Source: Balanoglossus misakiensis (taxonomy: Eukaryota > Animalia > Hemichordata). From it: a DNA stretch of 64,000 nt. Location: positions 9,746,894-9,810,893 of the forward strand of contig CM082589.2 of the NCBI GenBank assembly GCA_040954595.2. Direction: 5' to 3'. Shown here piece after piece: positions 26,201 to 41,252 of the stretch (position 1 is the first letter of the stretch; each line of letters begins with the position of its first letter). Under the pieces are notes generated by a model, which saw only the letters and a program-made list of their open reading frames with translations, had not been told where the DNA came from and ran no database searches. A program made the translations under genes and the position numbers.

Positions 26201-29200
26201 TTCGTCGATTTTGAAAAAAAACCATTGGGGGAAAATCATCAAAAAATTACAAATTTTCGACTTTGCAAAATCTCAACATTTCGTCGATTTTGAAAAAAAA
26301 CCATTGGGGGAAAATCATCAAAAAATTACAAATTTTCGACTTTGCAAAATCTCAACATTTCGTCGATTTTTGAAAAAAATCATGGGTGAAAATAATCAAA
26401 AAATGACAAATTTTCGACTTTGCAAAATCTCAAAATTTCGTCGATTTTTGAAAAAAAATCATGGGTGAAAATCATCAAAAAATTACAAATTTTCGACTTT
26501 GCAAAATCTCAAAATTTTGTCGATTTTTGAAAAAAAATCATGGGTTCGTTGATTTTTGAAAAAAAACATGGGTGAAAATCATCAAAAAATGACAAATTTT
26601 CGACTTTGCAAAATCTCAAAATTTCGTCGATTTTTGAAAAAAATCATGGGTGAAAATCATCAAAAAATGACAAATTTTCGACTTCGCAAAATCTCAAAAT
26701 TTCGTCAATTTTTGAAAAAATCAGGGGTAAAAATCATCAAAAAATGACAAATTTTCGTCTTTGCTAAATCTCAATATTTCGTCGGTTTTTGAAAAATAAT
26801 ATGGGTGAAAATCATCAAAAAATGACAAATTTTCGACTTTGCAAAATCTCACAATTTCGTCGATTTTTGAAAAAAATCATGGGTGAAAATCATCAAAAAA
26901 TGACAAATTATCGACTTTGCAAAATCTCAAAATTTCGTCGATTTTGAAAAAAACCATTGGGGGAAAATCATCAAAAAATGACAAATTATCGACTTTGCAA
27001 AATCTCAAAATTTCGTCCATTTTAAAAAAAAAACATGGGGGAAAATCATCAAAAAATGACAAATTTTCGACTTTGCAAAATCTCAAAATTTCGTCGATTT
27101 TGAAAAAAAACATTGGGGGAAAATCATCAAAAAATGACAAATTATCGACTTTGCACAATCTCACAATTTCGTCGATTTTTGAAAAAAATCATGGGTGAAA
27201 ATCATCAAAAAATTACAAATGTTCGACTTTGCAAAATCTCAACATTTCGTCGATTTTTGAAAAAAATCATGGGTGAAAATCATCAAAAAATGACAAATTT
27301 TCGACTTTGCAAAATCTCACAATTTCGTCGATTTTTGAAAAAAATCATGGGTGAAAATCATCAAAAAATTACAAATTTTCGACTTTGCAAAATCTCAACA
27401 TTTCGTCGATTTTTGAAAAAAATCATGGGTGAAAATCATCAAAAAATGACAAATTTTCGACTTTGCAAAATCTCAAAATTTCGTCAATTTTTGAAAAAAT
27501 CATGGGTGAAAATCATCAAAAAATGACAAATTTTCGTCTTTGCAAAATCTCAAAATTTCGTCAGTTTTTGAAAAATAATATGGTTGAAAATCATCAAAAA
27601 ATGACAAAATTATCGACTTTGCAAAATCTCACAATTTCGTCGATTTTTGAAAAAAAATCATGGGTGAAAATCATCAAAAAATTACAAATTTTCGACTTTG
27701 CAAAATCTCAACATTTCGTCGATTTTTGAAAAAAATCATGGGTGAAAATCATCAAAAAATGACAAATTTTCGACTTTGCAAAATCTCAAAATTTCGTCCA
27801 TTTTAAAAAAAAAACATGGGGGAAAATCATCAAAAAATGAGAATATTTTCGACTTTGCAAAATCTCAAAATTTCGTCGATTTTGAAAAAAATCATAGGTT
27901 CGTCGATTTAAAAAAAAAACATGGGTGAAAATCATCAAAAAATGACAAATTTTCGACTTTGCAAAATCTCACAATTTCGTCGATTTTTGAAAAAAATCAT
28001 GGGAGAAAATCATCAAAAAATGACAAATTTTCGACTTTGCAAAATCTCAACATTTCGTCGATTTTTGAAAAAAATCATGGGTGAAAATCATCAAAAAATG
28101 ACAAATTTTCGACTTTGCAAAATCTCAAAATTTCGTCGATTTTTGAAAAAAAATCATGGGTGTAAATCATCAAAAAATGACAAATTTTCGTCTTTGCAAA
28201 ATCTCAAAATTTCGTCCATTTTTGAATAAAAATCATGGGTGAAAATCATCAAAAAATGACACATTTTCGACTTTGCAAAATCTAAAAATTTCGTCGATTT
28301 TTGAAAAAAATCATGGTTGAAAATCATCAAAAAATGACAAAATTTTCGACTTTGTAAAATCACAAAATTTCGTCGATTTTGAAAAAAATCATAGGTTCGT
28401 CGATTTCTAAAAAAAAACATTGGTGAAAATCATCAAAAAATGACAAATTTTCGACTTTGCAAAATCTCAAAATTTCGTCGATTTTTGAAAAAAATCATGG
28501 GTGAAAATCATCAAAAAATGACAAATTTTCGACTTCGCAAAATCTCACAATTTCGTCGATTTTTGAAAAAAATCATGGGTGAAAATCATCAAAAAATTAC
28601 AAATTTTCGACTTTGCAAAATCTCAACATTTCGTCAATTTTTGAAAAAATCATGGGTGAAAATCATCAAAAAATGACAAATTATCGACTTTGCACAATCT
28701 CACAATTTCGTCGATTTTTGAAAAAAATCATGGGTGAAAATCATCAAAAAATTACAAATGTTCGACTTTGCAAAATCTCAACATTTCGTCGATTTTTGAA
28801 AAAAATCATGGGTGAAAATCATCAAAAAATGACAAATTTTCGACTTTGCAAAATCTCACAATTTCGTCGATTTTTGAAAAAAATCATGGGTGAAAATCAT
28901 CAAAAAATTACAAATTTTCGACTTTGCAAAATCTCAACATTTCGTCGATTTTTGAAAAAAATCATGGGTGAAAATCATCAAAAAATGACAAATTTTCGAC
29001 TTTGCAAAATCTCAAAATTTCGTCAATTTTTGAAAAAATCATGGGTGAAAATCATCAAAAAATGACAAATTTTCGTCTTTGCAAAATCTCAAAATTTCGT
29101 CAGTTTTTGAAAAATAATATGGTTGAAAATCATCAAAAAATGACAAAATTATCGACTTTGCAAAATCTCACAATTTCGTCGATTTTTGAAAAAAAATCAT

Positions 29201-32200
29201 GGGTGAAAATCATCAAAAAATTACAAATTTTCGACTTTGCAAAATCTCAAAATTTTGTCGATTTTTGAAAAAAAATCATGGGTTCGTTGATTTTTGAAAA
29301 AAAACATGGGTGAAAATCATCAAAAAATTACAAATTTTCGAATTTGCAAAATCACAAAATTTCGTCGATCTTTGAAAAAAAAACATGGGTGAAAATCATC
29401 AAAAAATTACAAATTTTCGACTTTGCAAAATCTCAAAATTTCGTAAATTTTTGAAAAAAAGTCATGGGTGAAAATCATCAAAAAATTACAAATTTTCGTC
29501 TTTGCAAAATCACAAAATTTCGTCGATTTTTGAAAAAAAAAATCATGGGTAAAAATCATCAAAAAATTACAAATTTTCGACTTTGCAAAATCTAAAAATT
29601 TTGTCGATTTTTGAAAAAAATCATGGGTGAAAATCATCAAAAAATGACAAATTTTCGTCTTTGCAAAATCTCAAAATTTCGTCCATTTTTGAATAAAAAT
29701 CATGGGTGAAAATCATCAAAAAATGACACATTTTCGACTTTGCAAAATCTAAAAATTTCGTCGATTTTTGAAAAAAATCATGGTTGAAAATCATCAAAAA
29801 ATGACAAAATTTTCGACTTTGTAAAATCACAAAATTTCGTCGATTTTGAAAAAAATCATAGGTTCGTCGATTTCTAAAAAAAAACATGGGTGAAAATCAT
29901 CAAAAAATGACAAATTTTCGACTTTGCAAAATCTCAAAATTTCGTCGATTTTTGAAAAAAATCATGGGTGAAAATCATCAAAAAATGACAAATTTTCGAC
30001 TTCGCAAAATCTCAAAATTTCGTCAATTTTTGAAAAAAATCAGGGGTAAAAATCATCAAAAAATGACAAATTTTCGTCTTTGCTAAATCTCAAAATTTCG
30101 TCGGTTTTTGAAAAATAATATGGGTGAAAATCATCAAAAAATGACAAATTTTCGACTTTGCAAAATCTCAAAATTTCGTCCATTTTTGAAAAAAAATCAT
30201 GGGTAAAAATCATCAAAAAATGACAAATTTTCGTCTTTGCAAAATCTCAAAATTTCTTCCATTTAAAAAAAAAAGCATGGGGGAAAATCATCAAAAAATG
30301 ACAAATTTTCGTCTTTTCAAAATCTCAAAATTTCGTCCATTTAAAAAAAAAAACATGGGTGAAAATCATCAAAAAATGACAAATTTTTGACTTTTCAAAA
30401 TCTCACAATTTCGTCGATTTTTGAAAAAAATCATGGGTGAAAATCATCAAAAAATGACAAATTATCGACTTTGCAAAATCTCAAAATTTCGTCGATTTTG
30501 AAAAAAACCATTGGGGGAAAATCATCAAAAAATGACAAATTATCGACTTTGCAAAATCTCAAAATTTCGTCCATTTTAAAAAAAAAACATGGGGGAAAAT
30601 CATCAAAAAATGACAAATTTTCGACTTTGCAAAATCTCAAAATTTCGTCGATTTTGAAAAAAAACATTGGGGGAAAATCATCAAAAAATGACAAATTATC
30701 GACTTTGCACAATCTCACAATTTCGTCGATTTTTGAAAAAAATCATGGGTGAAAATCATCAAAAAATTACAAATTTTCGACTTTGCAAAATCTCAACATT
30801 TCGTCGATTTTTGAAAAAAATCATGGGTGAAAATCATCAAAAAATGACAAATTTTCGACTTTGCAAAATCTCACAATTTCGTCGATTTTTGAAAAAAATC
30901 ATGGGTGAAAATCATCAAAAAATTACAAATTTTCGACTTTGCAAAATCTCAACATTTCGTCGATTTTTGAAAAAAATCATGGGTGAAAATCATCAAAAAA
31001 TTACAAATTTTCGACTTTGCAAAATCTCAAAATTTCGTCGATTTTTGAAAAAAAATCATGGGTGAAAATCATCAAAAAATTACAAATTTTCGACTTTGCA
31101 AAATCTCAAAATTTTGTCGATTTTTGAAAAAAAATCATGGGTTCGTTGATTTTTGAAAAAAAACATGGGTGAAAATCATCAAAAAATGACAAATTTTCGA
31201 CTTTGCAAAATCTCAAAATTTCGTCGATTTTTGAAAAAAATCATGGGTGAAAATCATCAAAAAATGACAAATTTTCGACTTCGCAAAATCTCAAAATTTC
31301 GTCAATTTTTGAAAAAATCAGGGGTAAAAATCATCAAAAAATGACAAATTTTCGTCTTTGCTAAATCTCAATATTTCGTCGGTTTTTGAAAAATAATATG
31401 GGTGAAAATCATCAAAAAATGACAAATTTTCGACTTTGCAAAATCTCACAATTTCGTCGATTTTTGAAAAAAATCATGGGTGAAAATCATCAAAAAATGA
31501 CAAATTATCGACTTTGCAAAATCTCAAAATTTCGTCCATTTAAAAAAAAAAACATGGGGGAAAATCATCAAAAAATGACAAATTTTCGACTTTGCAAAAT
31601 CTCAAAATTTCGTCGATTTTGAAAAAAAACATTGGGGGAAAATCATCAAAAAATGACAAATTATCGACTTTGCACAATCTCACAATTTCGTCGATTTTTG
31701 AAAAAAATCATGGGTGAAAATCATCAAAAAATTACAAATGTTCGACTTTGCAAAATCTCAACATTTCGTCGATTTTTGAAAAAAATCATGGGTGAAAATC
31801 ATCAAAAAATGACAAATTTTCGACTTTGCAAAATCTCACAATTTCGTCGATTTTTGAAAAAAATCATGGGTGAAAATCATCAAAAAATTACAAATTTTCG
31901 ACTTTGCAAAATCTCAACATTTCGTCGATTTTTGAAAAAAATCATGGGTGAAAATCATCAAAAAATGACAAATTTTCGACTTTGCAAAATCTCAAAATTT
32001 CGTCAATTTTTGAAAAAATCATGGGTGAAAATCATCAAAAAATGACAAATTTTCGTCTTTGCAAAATCTCAAAATTTCGTCAGTTTTTGAAAAATAATAT
32101 GGTTGAAAATCATCAAAAAATGACAAAATTATCGACTTTGCAAAATCTCACAATTTCGTCGATTTTTGAAAAAAAATCATGGGTGAAAATCATCAAAAAA

Positions 32201-35200
32201 TTACAAATTTTCGACTTTGCAAAATCTCAACATTTCGTCGATTTTTGAAAAAAATCATGGGTGAAAATCATCAAAAAATGACAAATTTTCGACTTTGCAA
32301 AATCTCAAAATTTCGTCCATTTTAAAAAAAAAACATGGGGGAAAATCATCAAAAAATGAGAATATTTTCGACTTTGCAAAATCTCAAAATTTCGTCGATT
32401 TTGAAAAAAATCATAGGTTCGTCGATTTAAAAAAAAAACATGGGTGAAAATCATCAAAAAATGACAAATTTTCGACTTTGCAAAATCTCACAATTTCGTC
32501 GATTTTTGAAAAAAATCATGGGAGAAAATCATCAAAAAATGACAAATTTTCGACTTTGCAAAATCTCAACATTTCGTCGATTTTTGAAAAAAATCATGGG
32601 TGAAAATCATCAAAAAATGACAAATTTTCGACTTTGCAAAATCTCAAAATTTCGTCGATTTTTGAAAAAAAATCATGGGTGTAAATCATCAAAAAATGAC
32701 AAATTTTCGTCTTTGCAAAATCTCAAAATTTCGTCCATTTTTGAATAAAAATCATGGGTGAAAATCATCAAAAAATGACACATTTTCGACTTTGCAAAAT
32801 CTAAAAATTTCGTCGATTTTTGAAAAAAATCATGGTTGAAAATCATCAAAAAATGACAAAATTTTCGACTTTGTAAAATCACAAAATTTCGTCGATTTTG
32901 AAAAAAATCATAGGTTCGTCGATTTCTAAAAAAAAACATTGGTGAAAATCATCAAAAAATGACAAATTTTCGACTTTGCAAAATCTCAAAATTTCGTCGA
33001 TTTTTGAAAAAAATCATGGGTGAAAATCATCAAAAAATGACAAATTTTCGACTTCGCAAAATCTCACAATTTCGTCGATTTTTGAAAAAAATCATGGGTG
33101 AAAATCATCAAAAAATTACAAATTTTCGACTTTGCAAAATCTCAACATTTCGTCAATTTTTGAAAAAATCATGGGTGAAAATCATCAAAAAATGACAAAT
33201 TATCGACTTTGCACAATCTCACAATTTCGTCGATTTTTGAAAAAAATCATGGGTGAAAATCATCAAAAAATTACAAATGTTCGACTTTGCAAAATCTCAA
33301 CATTTCGTCGATTTTTGAAAAAAATCATGGGTGAAAATCATCAAAAAATGACAAATTTTCGACTTTGCAAAATCTCACAATTTCGTCGATTTTTGAAAAA
33401 AATCATGGGTGAAAATCATCAAAAAATTACAAATTTTCGACTTTGCAAAATCTCAACATTTCGTCGATTTTTGAAAAAAATCATGGGTGAAAATCATCAA
33501 AAAATGACAAATTTTCGACTTTGCAAAATCTCAAAATTTCGTCAATTTTTGAAAAAATCATGGGTGAAAATCATCAAAAAATGACAAATTTTCGTCTTTG
33601 CAAAATCTCAAAATTTCGTCAGTTTTTGAAAAATAATATGGTTGAAAATCATCAAAAAATGACAAAATTATCGACTTTGCAAAATCTCACAATTTCGTCG
33701 ATTTTTGAAAAAAAATCATGGGTGAAAATCATCAAAAAATTACAAATTTTCGACTTTGCAAAATCTCAACATTTCGTCGATTTTTGAAAAAAATCATGGG
33801 TGAAAATCATCAAAAAATGACAAATTTTCGACTTTGCAAAATCTCAAAATTTCGTCCATTTTAAAAAAAAAAACATGGGGGAAAATCATCAAAAAATGAG
33901 AATATTTTCGACTTTGCAAAATCTCAAAATTTCGTCGATTTTGAAAAAAATCATAGGTTCGTCGATTTAAAAAAAAAACATGGGTGAAAATCATCAAAAA
34001 CTGACAAATTTTCGACTTTGCAAAATCTCACAATTTCGTCGATTTTTGAAAAAAATCGTGGGAGAAAATCATCAAAAAATGACAAATTTTCGACTTTGCA
34101 AAATCTCAACATTTCGTCGATTTTTGAAAAAAATCATGGGTGAAAATCATCAAAAAATGACAAATTTTCGTCTTTGCAAAATCTCAAAATTTCGTCCATT
34201 TTTGAATAAAAATCATGGGTGAAAATCATCAAAAAATGACACATTTTCGACTTTGCAAAATCTAAAAATTTCGTCGATTTTTGAAAAAAATCATGGTTGA
34301 AAATCATCAAAAAATGACAAAATTTTCGACTTTGTAAAATCACAAAATTTCGTCGATTTTGAAAAAAATCATAGGTTCGTCGATTTCTAAAAAAAAACAT
34401 TGGTGAAAATCATCAAAAAATGACAAATTTTCGACTTTGCAAAATCTCAAAATTTCGTCGATTTTTGAAAAAAATCATGGGTGAAAATCATCAAAAAATG
34501 ACAAATTTTCGACTTCGCAAAATCTCAAAATTTCGTCAATTTTTGAAAAAATCAGGGGTAAAAATCATCAAAAAATGACAAATTTTCGTCTTTGCTAAAT
34601 CTCAAAATTTCGTCGGTTTTTGAAAAATAATATGGGTGAAAATCATCAAAAAATGACAAATTTTCGACTTTGCAAAATCTCAACATTTCGTCGATTTTTG
34701 AAAAAAATCATGGGTGAAAATCATCAAAAAATGACAAATTTTCGACTTTGCAAAATCTCAAAATTTCGTCCATTTTAAAAAAAAAACATGGGGGAAAATC
34801 ATCAAAAAATGAGAAAATTTTCGACTTTGCAAAATCTCAAAATTTCGTCGATTTTGAAAAAAATCATAGGTTCGTCGATTTAAAAAAAAAAACATGGGTG
34901 AAAATCATCAAAAAATGACAAATTTTCGACTTTGCAAAATCTCACAATTTCGTCGATTTTTGAAAAAAATCATGGGAGAAAATCATCAAAAAATGACAAA
35001 TTTTCGACTTTGCAAAATCTCAACATTTCGTCGATTTTTGAAAAAAATCATGGGTGAAAATCATCAAAAAATGACAAATTTTCGACTTTGCAAAATCTCA
35101 CAATTTCGTCGATTTTTGAAAAAAATCATGGGTGAAAATCATCAAAAAATTACAAATTTTCGACTTTGCAAAATCTCAACATTTCGTCAATTTTTGAAAA

Positions 35201-38200
35201 AATCATGGGTGAAAATCATCAAAAAATGACAAATTTTCGTCTTTGCAAAATCTCAAAATTTCGTCGATTTTGAAAAAAATCATAGGTTCGTCGATTTAAA
35301 AAAAAAACATGGGTGAAAATCATCAAAAAATGACAAATTTTCGACTTTGCAAAATCTCACAATTTCGTCGATTTTTGAAAAAAATCATGGGAGAAAATCA
35401 TCAAAAAATGACAAATTTTCGACTTTGCAAAATCTCAACATTTCGTCGATTTTTGAAAAAAAATCATGGGTGTAAATCATCAAAAAATGACAAATTTTCG
35501 TCTTTGCAAAATCTCAAAATTTCGTCCATTTTTGAATAAAAATCATGGGTGAAAATCATCAAAAAATGACACATTTTCGACTTTGCAAAATCTAAAAATT
35601 TCGTCGATTTTTGAAAAAAATCATGGTTGAAAATCATCAAAAAATGACAAAATTTTCGACTTTGTAAAATCACAAAATTTCGTCGATTTTGAAAAAAATC
35701 ATAGGTTCGTCGATTTCTAAAAAAAAACATGGGTGAAAATCATCAAAAAATGACAAATTTTCGACTTTGCAAAATCTCAAAATTTCGTCGATTTTTGAAA
35801 AAAATCATGGGTGAAAATCATCAAAAAATGACAAATTTTCGACTTCGCAAAATCTCAAAATTTCGTCAATTTTTGAAAAAATCAGGGGTAAAAATCATCA
35901 AAAAATGACAAATTTTCGTCTTTGCTAAATCTCAAAATTTCGTCGGTTTTTGAAAAATAATATGGGTGAAAATCATCAAAAAATGACAAATTTTCGACTT
36001 TGCAAAATCTCAACATTTCGTCGATTTTTGAAAAAAATCATGGGTGAAAATCATCAAAAAATGACAAATTTTCGACTTTGCAAAATCTCAAAATTTCGTC
36101 CATTTTAAAAAAAAAACATTGGGGAAAATCATCAAAAAATGAGAAAATTTTCGACTTTGCAAAATCTCAAAATTTCGTCGATTTTGAAAAAAATCATAGG
36201 TTCGTCGATTTAAAAAAAAAAACATGGGTGAAAATCATCAAAAAATGACAAATTTTCGACTTTGCAAAATCTCAACATTTCGTCGATTTTTGAAAAAAAT
36301 CATGGGTGAAAATCATCAAAAAATGACAAATTATCGACTTTGCAAAATCTCACAATTTCGTCGATTTTTGAAAAAAATCATGGGTGAAAATCATCAAAAA
36401 ATTACAAATTTTCGACTTTGCAAAATCTCAACATTTCGTCGATTTTTTAAAAAAATCATGGGTGAAAATCATCAAAAAATGACAAATTTTCGACTTTGCA
36501 AAATCTCAAAATTTCGTCAATTTTTGAAAAAAATCATGGGTGAAAATCATCAAAAAATGACAAATTTTCGACTTTGCAAAATCTCAAAATTTCGTCAATT
36601 TTTGAAAAAAATCATGGGTGAAAATCATCAAAAAATGACAAATTTTCGACTTTGCAAAATCTCAACATTTCATCGATTTTTGAAAAAAAATCATGGTTGA
36701 AAATCATCAAAAAATGACAAATTTTCGTCTTTGCAAAATCTCAAAATTTCGTCCATTTTTGAATAAAAATCATGGGTGAAAATCATCAAAAAATGACACA
36801 TTTTCGACTTTGCAAAATCTAAAAATTTCGTCGATTTTTGAAAAAAATCATGGGTGATAATCATCAAAAAATGACAAATTATCGACTTTGCAAAATCTCA
36901 AAATTTCGTCGATTTTGAAAAAAACCATTGGGGGAAAATCATCAAAAAATGACAAATTATCGACTTTGCAAAATCTCAAAATTTCGTCCATTTTAAAAAA
37001 AAAACATGGGGGAAAATCATCAAAAAATGACAAATTTTCGACTTTGCAAAATCTCAACATTTCATCGATTTTTGAAAAAAATCATGGGTGAAAATCATCA
37101 AAAAATGACAAATTTTCGACTTTGCAAAATCTCAAAATTTCGTCCATTTTAAAAAAAAAACATGGGGGAAAATCATCAAAAAATGAGAAAATTTTCGACT
37201 TTGCAAAATCTCAAAATTTCGTCTATTTTGAAAAAAAACATTGGGGGAAAATCATCAAAAAATGACAAATTATCGACTTTGCAAAATCTCACAATTTCGT
37301 CGATTTTTGAAAAAAATCATGGGTGAAAATCATCAAAAAATTACAAATTTTCGACTTTGCAAAATCTCAACATTTCGTCGATTTTTGAAAAAAATCATGG
37401 GTGAAAATCATCAAAAAATTACAAATTTTCGACTTTGCAAAATCTCAAAATTTCGTCAATTTTTGAAAAAATCATGGGTGAAAATCATCAAAAAATGACA
37501 AATTTTCGTCTATGCAAAATCTCAAAATTTCGTCGGTTTTTGAAAAATAATATGGTTGAAAATCATCAAAAAATGACAAAATTATCGACTTTGCAAAATC
37601 TCAACATTTCGTCGATTTTTGAAAAAAATCATGGGTGAAAATCATCAAAAAATGACAAATTTTCGACTTTGCAAAATCTCAAAATTTCGTCGATTTTGAA
37701 AAAAATCATAGGTTCGTCGATTTAAAAAAAAAAAACATGGGTGAAAATCATCAAAAAATGACAAATTTTCGACTTTGCAAAATCTCACAATTTCGTCGAT
37801 TTTTGAAAAAAATCATGGGAGAAAATCATCAAAAAATGACAAATTTTCGACTTTGCAAAATCTCAACATTTCGTCGATTTTTGAAAAAAATCATGGGTGA
37901 AAATCATCAAAAAATGACAAATTTTCGACTTTGCAAAATCTCAACATTTCGTCGATTTTTGAAAAAATTCATGGGTGAAAATCATCAAAAAATGACAAAT
38001 TTTCGACTTTGCAAAATCTCAAAATTTCGTCGATTTTGAAAAAAATCATAGGTTCGTCGTTTTTTTTCAAAAAAAACATGGGTGAAAATCATCAAAAAAT
38101 GACAAATTTTTGACTTTGCAAAATCTCACAATTTCGTCGATTTTTGAAAAAAATCATGGGTGAAAATCATCAAAAAATGACAAATTTTCGACTTTGCAAA

Positions 38201-41185
38201 ATCTCAAAATTTCGTCCATTTTAAAAAAAAAACATGGGGGAAAATCATCAAAAAATGACAAATTTTCGACTTTGCAAAATCTCAAAATTTCGTCGATTTT
38301 GAAAAAAACCATTGGGGGAAAATCATCAAAAAATGACAAATTTTCGACTTTGCAAAATCTCAAAATTTCGTCAATTTTTGAAAAAATCATGGGTGAAAAT
38401 CATCAAAAAATTACAAATTTTCGTCTATGCAAAATCTCAAAATTTCGTCGGTTTTTGAAAAATAATATGGTTGAAAATCATCAAAAAATGACAAAATTAT
38501 CGACTTTGCAAAATCTCAACATTTCGTCGATTTTTGAAAAAAATCATGGGTGAAAATCATCAAAAAATGACAAATTTTCGACTTTGCAAAATCTCAAAAT
38601 TTCGTCGATTTTGAAAAAAATCATAGGTTCGTCGATTTAAAAAAAAAAAACATGGGTGAAAATCATCAAAAAATGACAAATTTTCGACTTTGCAAAATCT
38701 CACAATTTCGTCGATTTTTGAAAAAAATCATGGTAGAAAATCATCAAAAAATGACAAATTTTCGACTTTGCAAAATCTCAACATTTCGTCGATTTTTGAA
38801 AAAAATCATGGGTGAAAATCATCAAAAAATGACAAATTTTCGACTTTGCAAAATCTCAACATTTCGTCGATTTTTGAAAAAAATCATGGGTGAAAATCAT
38901 CAAAAAATGACAAATTTTCGATTTTGCAAAATCTCAAAATTTCGTCGATTTTGAAAAAAATCATAGGTTCGTCGTTTTTTTAAAAAAAAAACATGGGTGA
39001 AAATCATCAAAAAATGACAAATTTTTGACTTTGCAAAATCTCACAATTTCGTCGATTTTTGAAAAAAATCATGGGTGAAAATCATCAAAAAATGACAAAT
39101 TTTCGACTTTGCAAAATCTCAAAATTTCGTCCATTTTAAAAAAAAAACATGGGGGAAAATCATCAAAAAATGACAAATTTTCGACTTTGCAAAATCTCAA
39201 AATTTCGTCGATTTTGAAAAAAACCATTGGGGGAAAATCATCAAAAAATGACAAATTTTCGACTTTGCAAAATCTCAAAATTTCGTCGATTTTGAAAAAA
39301 AACCATTGGGGGAAAATCATCAAAAAATTACAAATTTTCGACTTTGCAAAATCTCAACATTTCGTCGATTTTGAAAAAAAACCATTGGGGGAAAATCATC
39401 AAAAAATTACAAATTTTCGACTTTGCAAAATCTCAACATTTCGTCGATTTTTGAAAAAAATCATGGGTGAAAATAATCAAAAAATGACAAATTTTCGACT
39501 TTGCAAAATCTCAAAATTTCGTCGATTTTGAAAAAAATCATAGGTTCGTCGATTTTAAAAAAAAAACATGGGTGAAAATCATCAAAAAATGACAAATTTT
39601 CGACTTTGCAAAATCTCACAATTTTGTCGATTTTTGAAAAAAATCATGGGAGAAAATCATCAAAAAATGACAAATTTTCGACTTTGCAAAATCTCAAAAT
39701 TTCGTCGATTTTGAAAAAAATCATAGGTTCGTCGATTTAAAAAAAAAAACATGGGTGAAAATCATCAAAAAATGACAAATTTTCGACTTTGCAAAATCTC
39801 ACAATTTCGTCGATTTTTGAAAAAAATCATGGGAGAAAATCATCAAAAAATGACAAATTTTCGACTTTGCAAAATCTCAACATTTCGTCGATTTTTGAAA
39901 AAAATCATGGGTGAAAATCATCAAAAAATGACAAATTTTCGACTTTGCAAAATCTCAACATTTCGTCGATTTTTGAAAAAAATCATGGGTGAAAATCATC
40001 AAAAAATGACAAATTTTCGACTTTGCAAAATCTCAAAATTTCGTCGATTTTGAAAAAAATCATAGGTTCGTCGTTTTTTTTAAAAAAAAACATGGGTGAA
40101 AATCATCAAAAAATGACAAATTTTTGACTTTGCAAAATCTCACAATTTCGTCGATTTTTGAAAAAAATCATGGGTGAAAATCATCAAAAAATGACAAATT
40201 TTCGACTTTGCAAAATCTCAAAATTTCGTCCATTTTAAAAAAAAAACATGGGGGAAAATCATCAAAAAATGACAAATTTTCGACTTTGCAAAATCTCAAA
40301 ATTTCGTCGATTTTGAAAAAAACCATTGGGGGAAAATCATCAAAAAATGACAAATTTTCGACTTTGCAAAATCTCAAAATTTCGTCGATTTTGAAAAAAA
40401 ACCATTGGGGGAAAATCATCAAAAAATTACAAATTTTCGACTTTGCAAAATCTCAACATTTCGTCGATTTTTGAAAAAAATCATGGGTGAAAATCATCAA
40501 AAAATGACAAATTTTCGACTTTGCAAAATCTCAAAATTTCGTCGATTTTGAAAAAAATCATAGGTTCGTCGATTTTAAAAAAAAAACATGGGTGAAAATC
40601 ATCAAAAAATGACAAATTTTCGACTTTGCAAAATCTCAACATTTCGTCGATTTTTGAAAAAAATCATGGGAGAAAATCATCAAAAAATGACAAATTTTCG
40701 ACTTTGCAAAATCTCAACATTTCGTCGATTTTTGAAAAAAATCATGGGTGAAAATCATCAAAAAATGACAAATTTTCGACTGTGCAAAATCTCAAAATTT
40801 CGTCGATTTTTGAAAAAAAATCATGGTTGAAAATCATCAAAAAATGACAAAATTTTCGACTTTGCAAAATCACACAATTTCGTCGATTTTGAAAAAAATC
40901 ATAGGTTCGTCGATTTTTAAAAAAAAACATGGGTGAAAATCATCAAAAAATGACAAATTTTCGACTGCAAAATCTTAAAATTTCGTCGATTTTTGAAAAA
41001 AAATCATGGGTGAAAATCATCAAAAAATGACACATTTTCGACTTTGCAAAATCTAAAAATTTCGTCGATTTTTGAAAAAAAATCATGGGTAAAAATCATC
41101 AAAAAATGACAAATTTTCGACTTTGCAAAATCTCAAAATTTCGTCGATTTTGAAAAAAAACATTGGGGGAAAATCATCAAAAAAT
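11293..41185 (+). repeat. 78-bp AT-rich satellite array (~29.9 kb, roughly 370 units) with interspersed ~29-bp sub-units and higher-order repeats
   Basis: Consensus CATGGGTGAAAATCATCAAAAAATGACAAATTTTCGACTTTGCAAAATCTCAAAATTTCGTCGATTTTTGAAAAAAAT. The ORF track shows the matching 26-aa periodicity. Short unit CATGGGTTCGTTGATTTTTGAAAAAAAA. Confidence 0.99.
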
Positions 41186-41252
41186 AGCGTCAAGGACACT
41201 GTGGTCCCATTTGAGGACATAGCTCATAGCAACATAGCAATAAGCATATCTA

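Noticed and set aside
11270-40930. Numerous ORFs with MGENHQKMTNFRLCKISKFRRFLKKI repeats
   Set aside because: An artefact of a 78-bp (26-codon) satellite. Frames break at variable A-runs and overlapping ORFs appear on both strands.
11293-41185. CENP-B box in the 78-bp satellite
   Set aside because: TTCG is frequent, but the TTCG-N4-A-N2-CGGG spacing was not seen.
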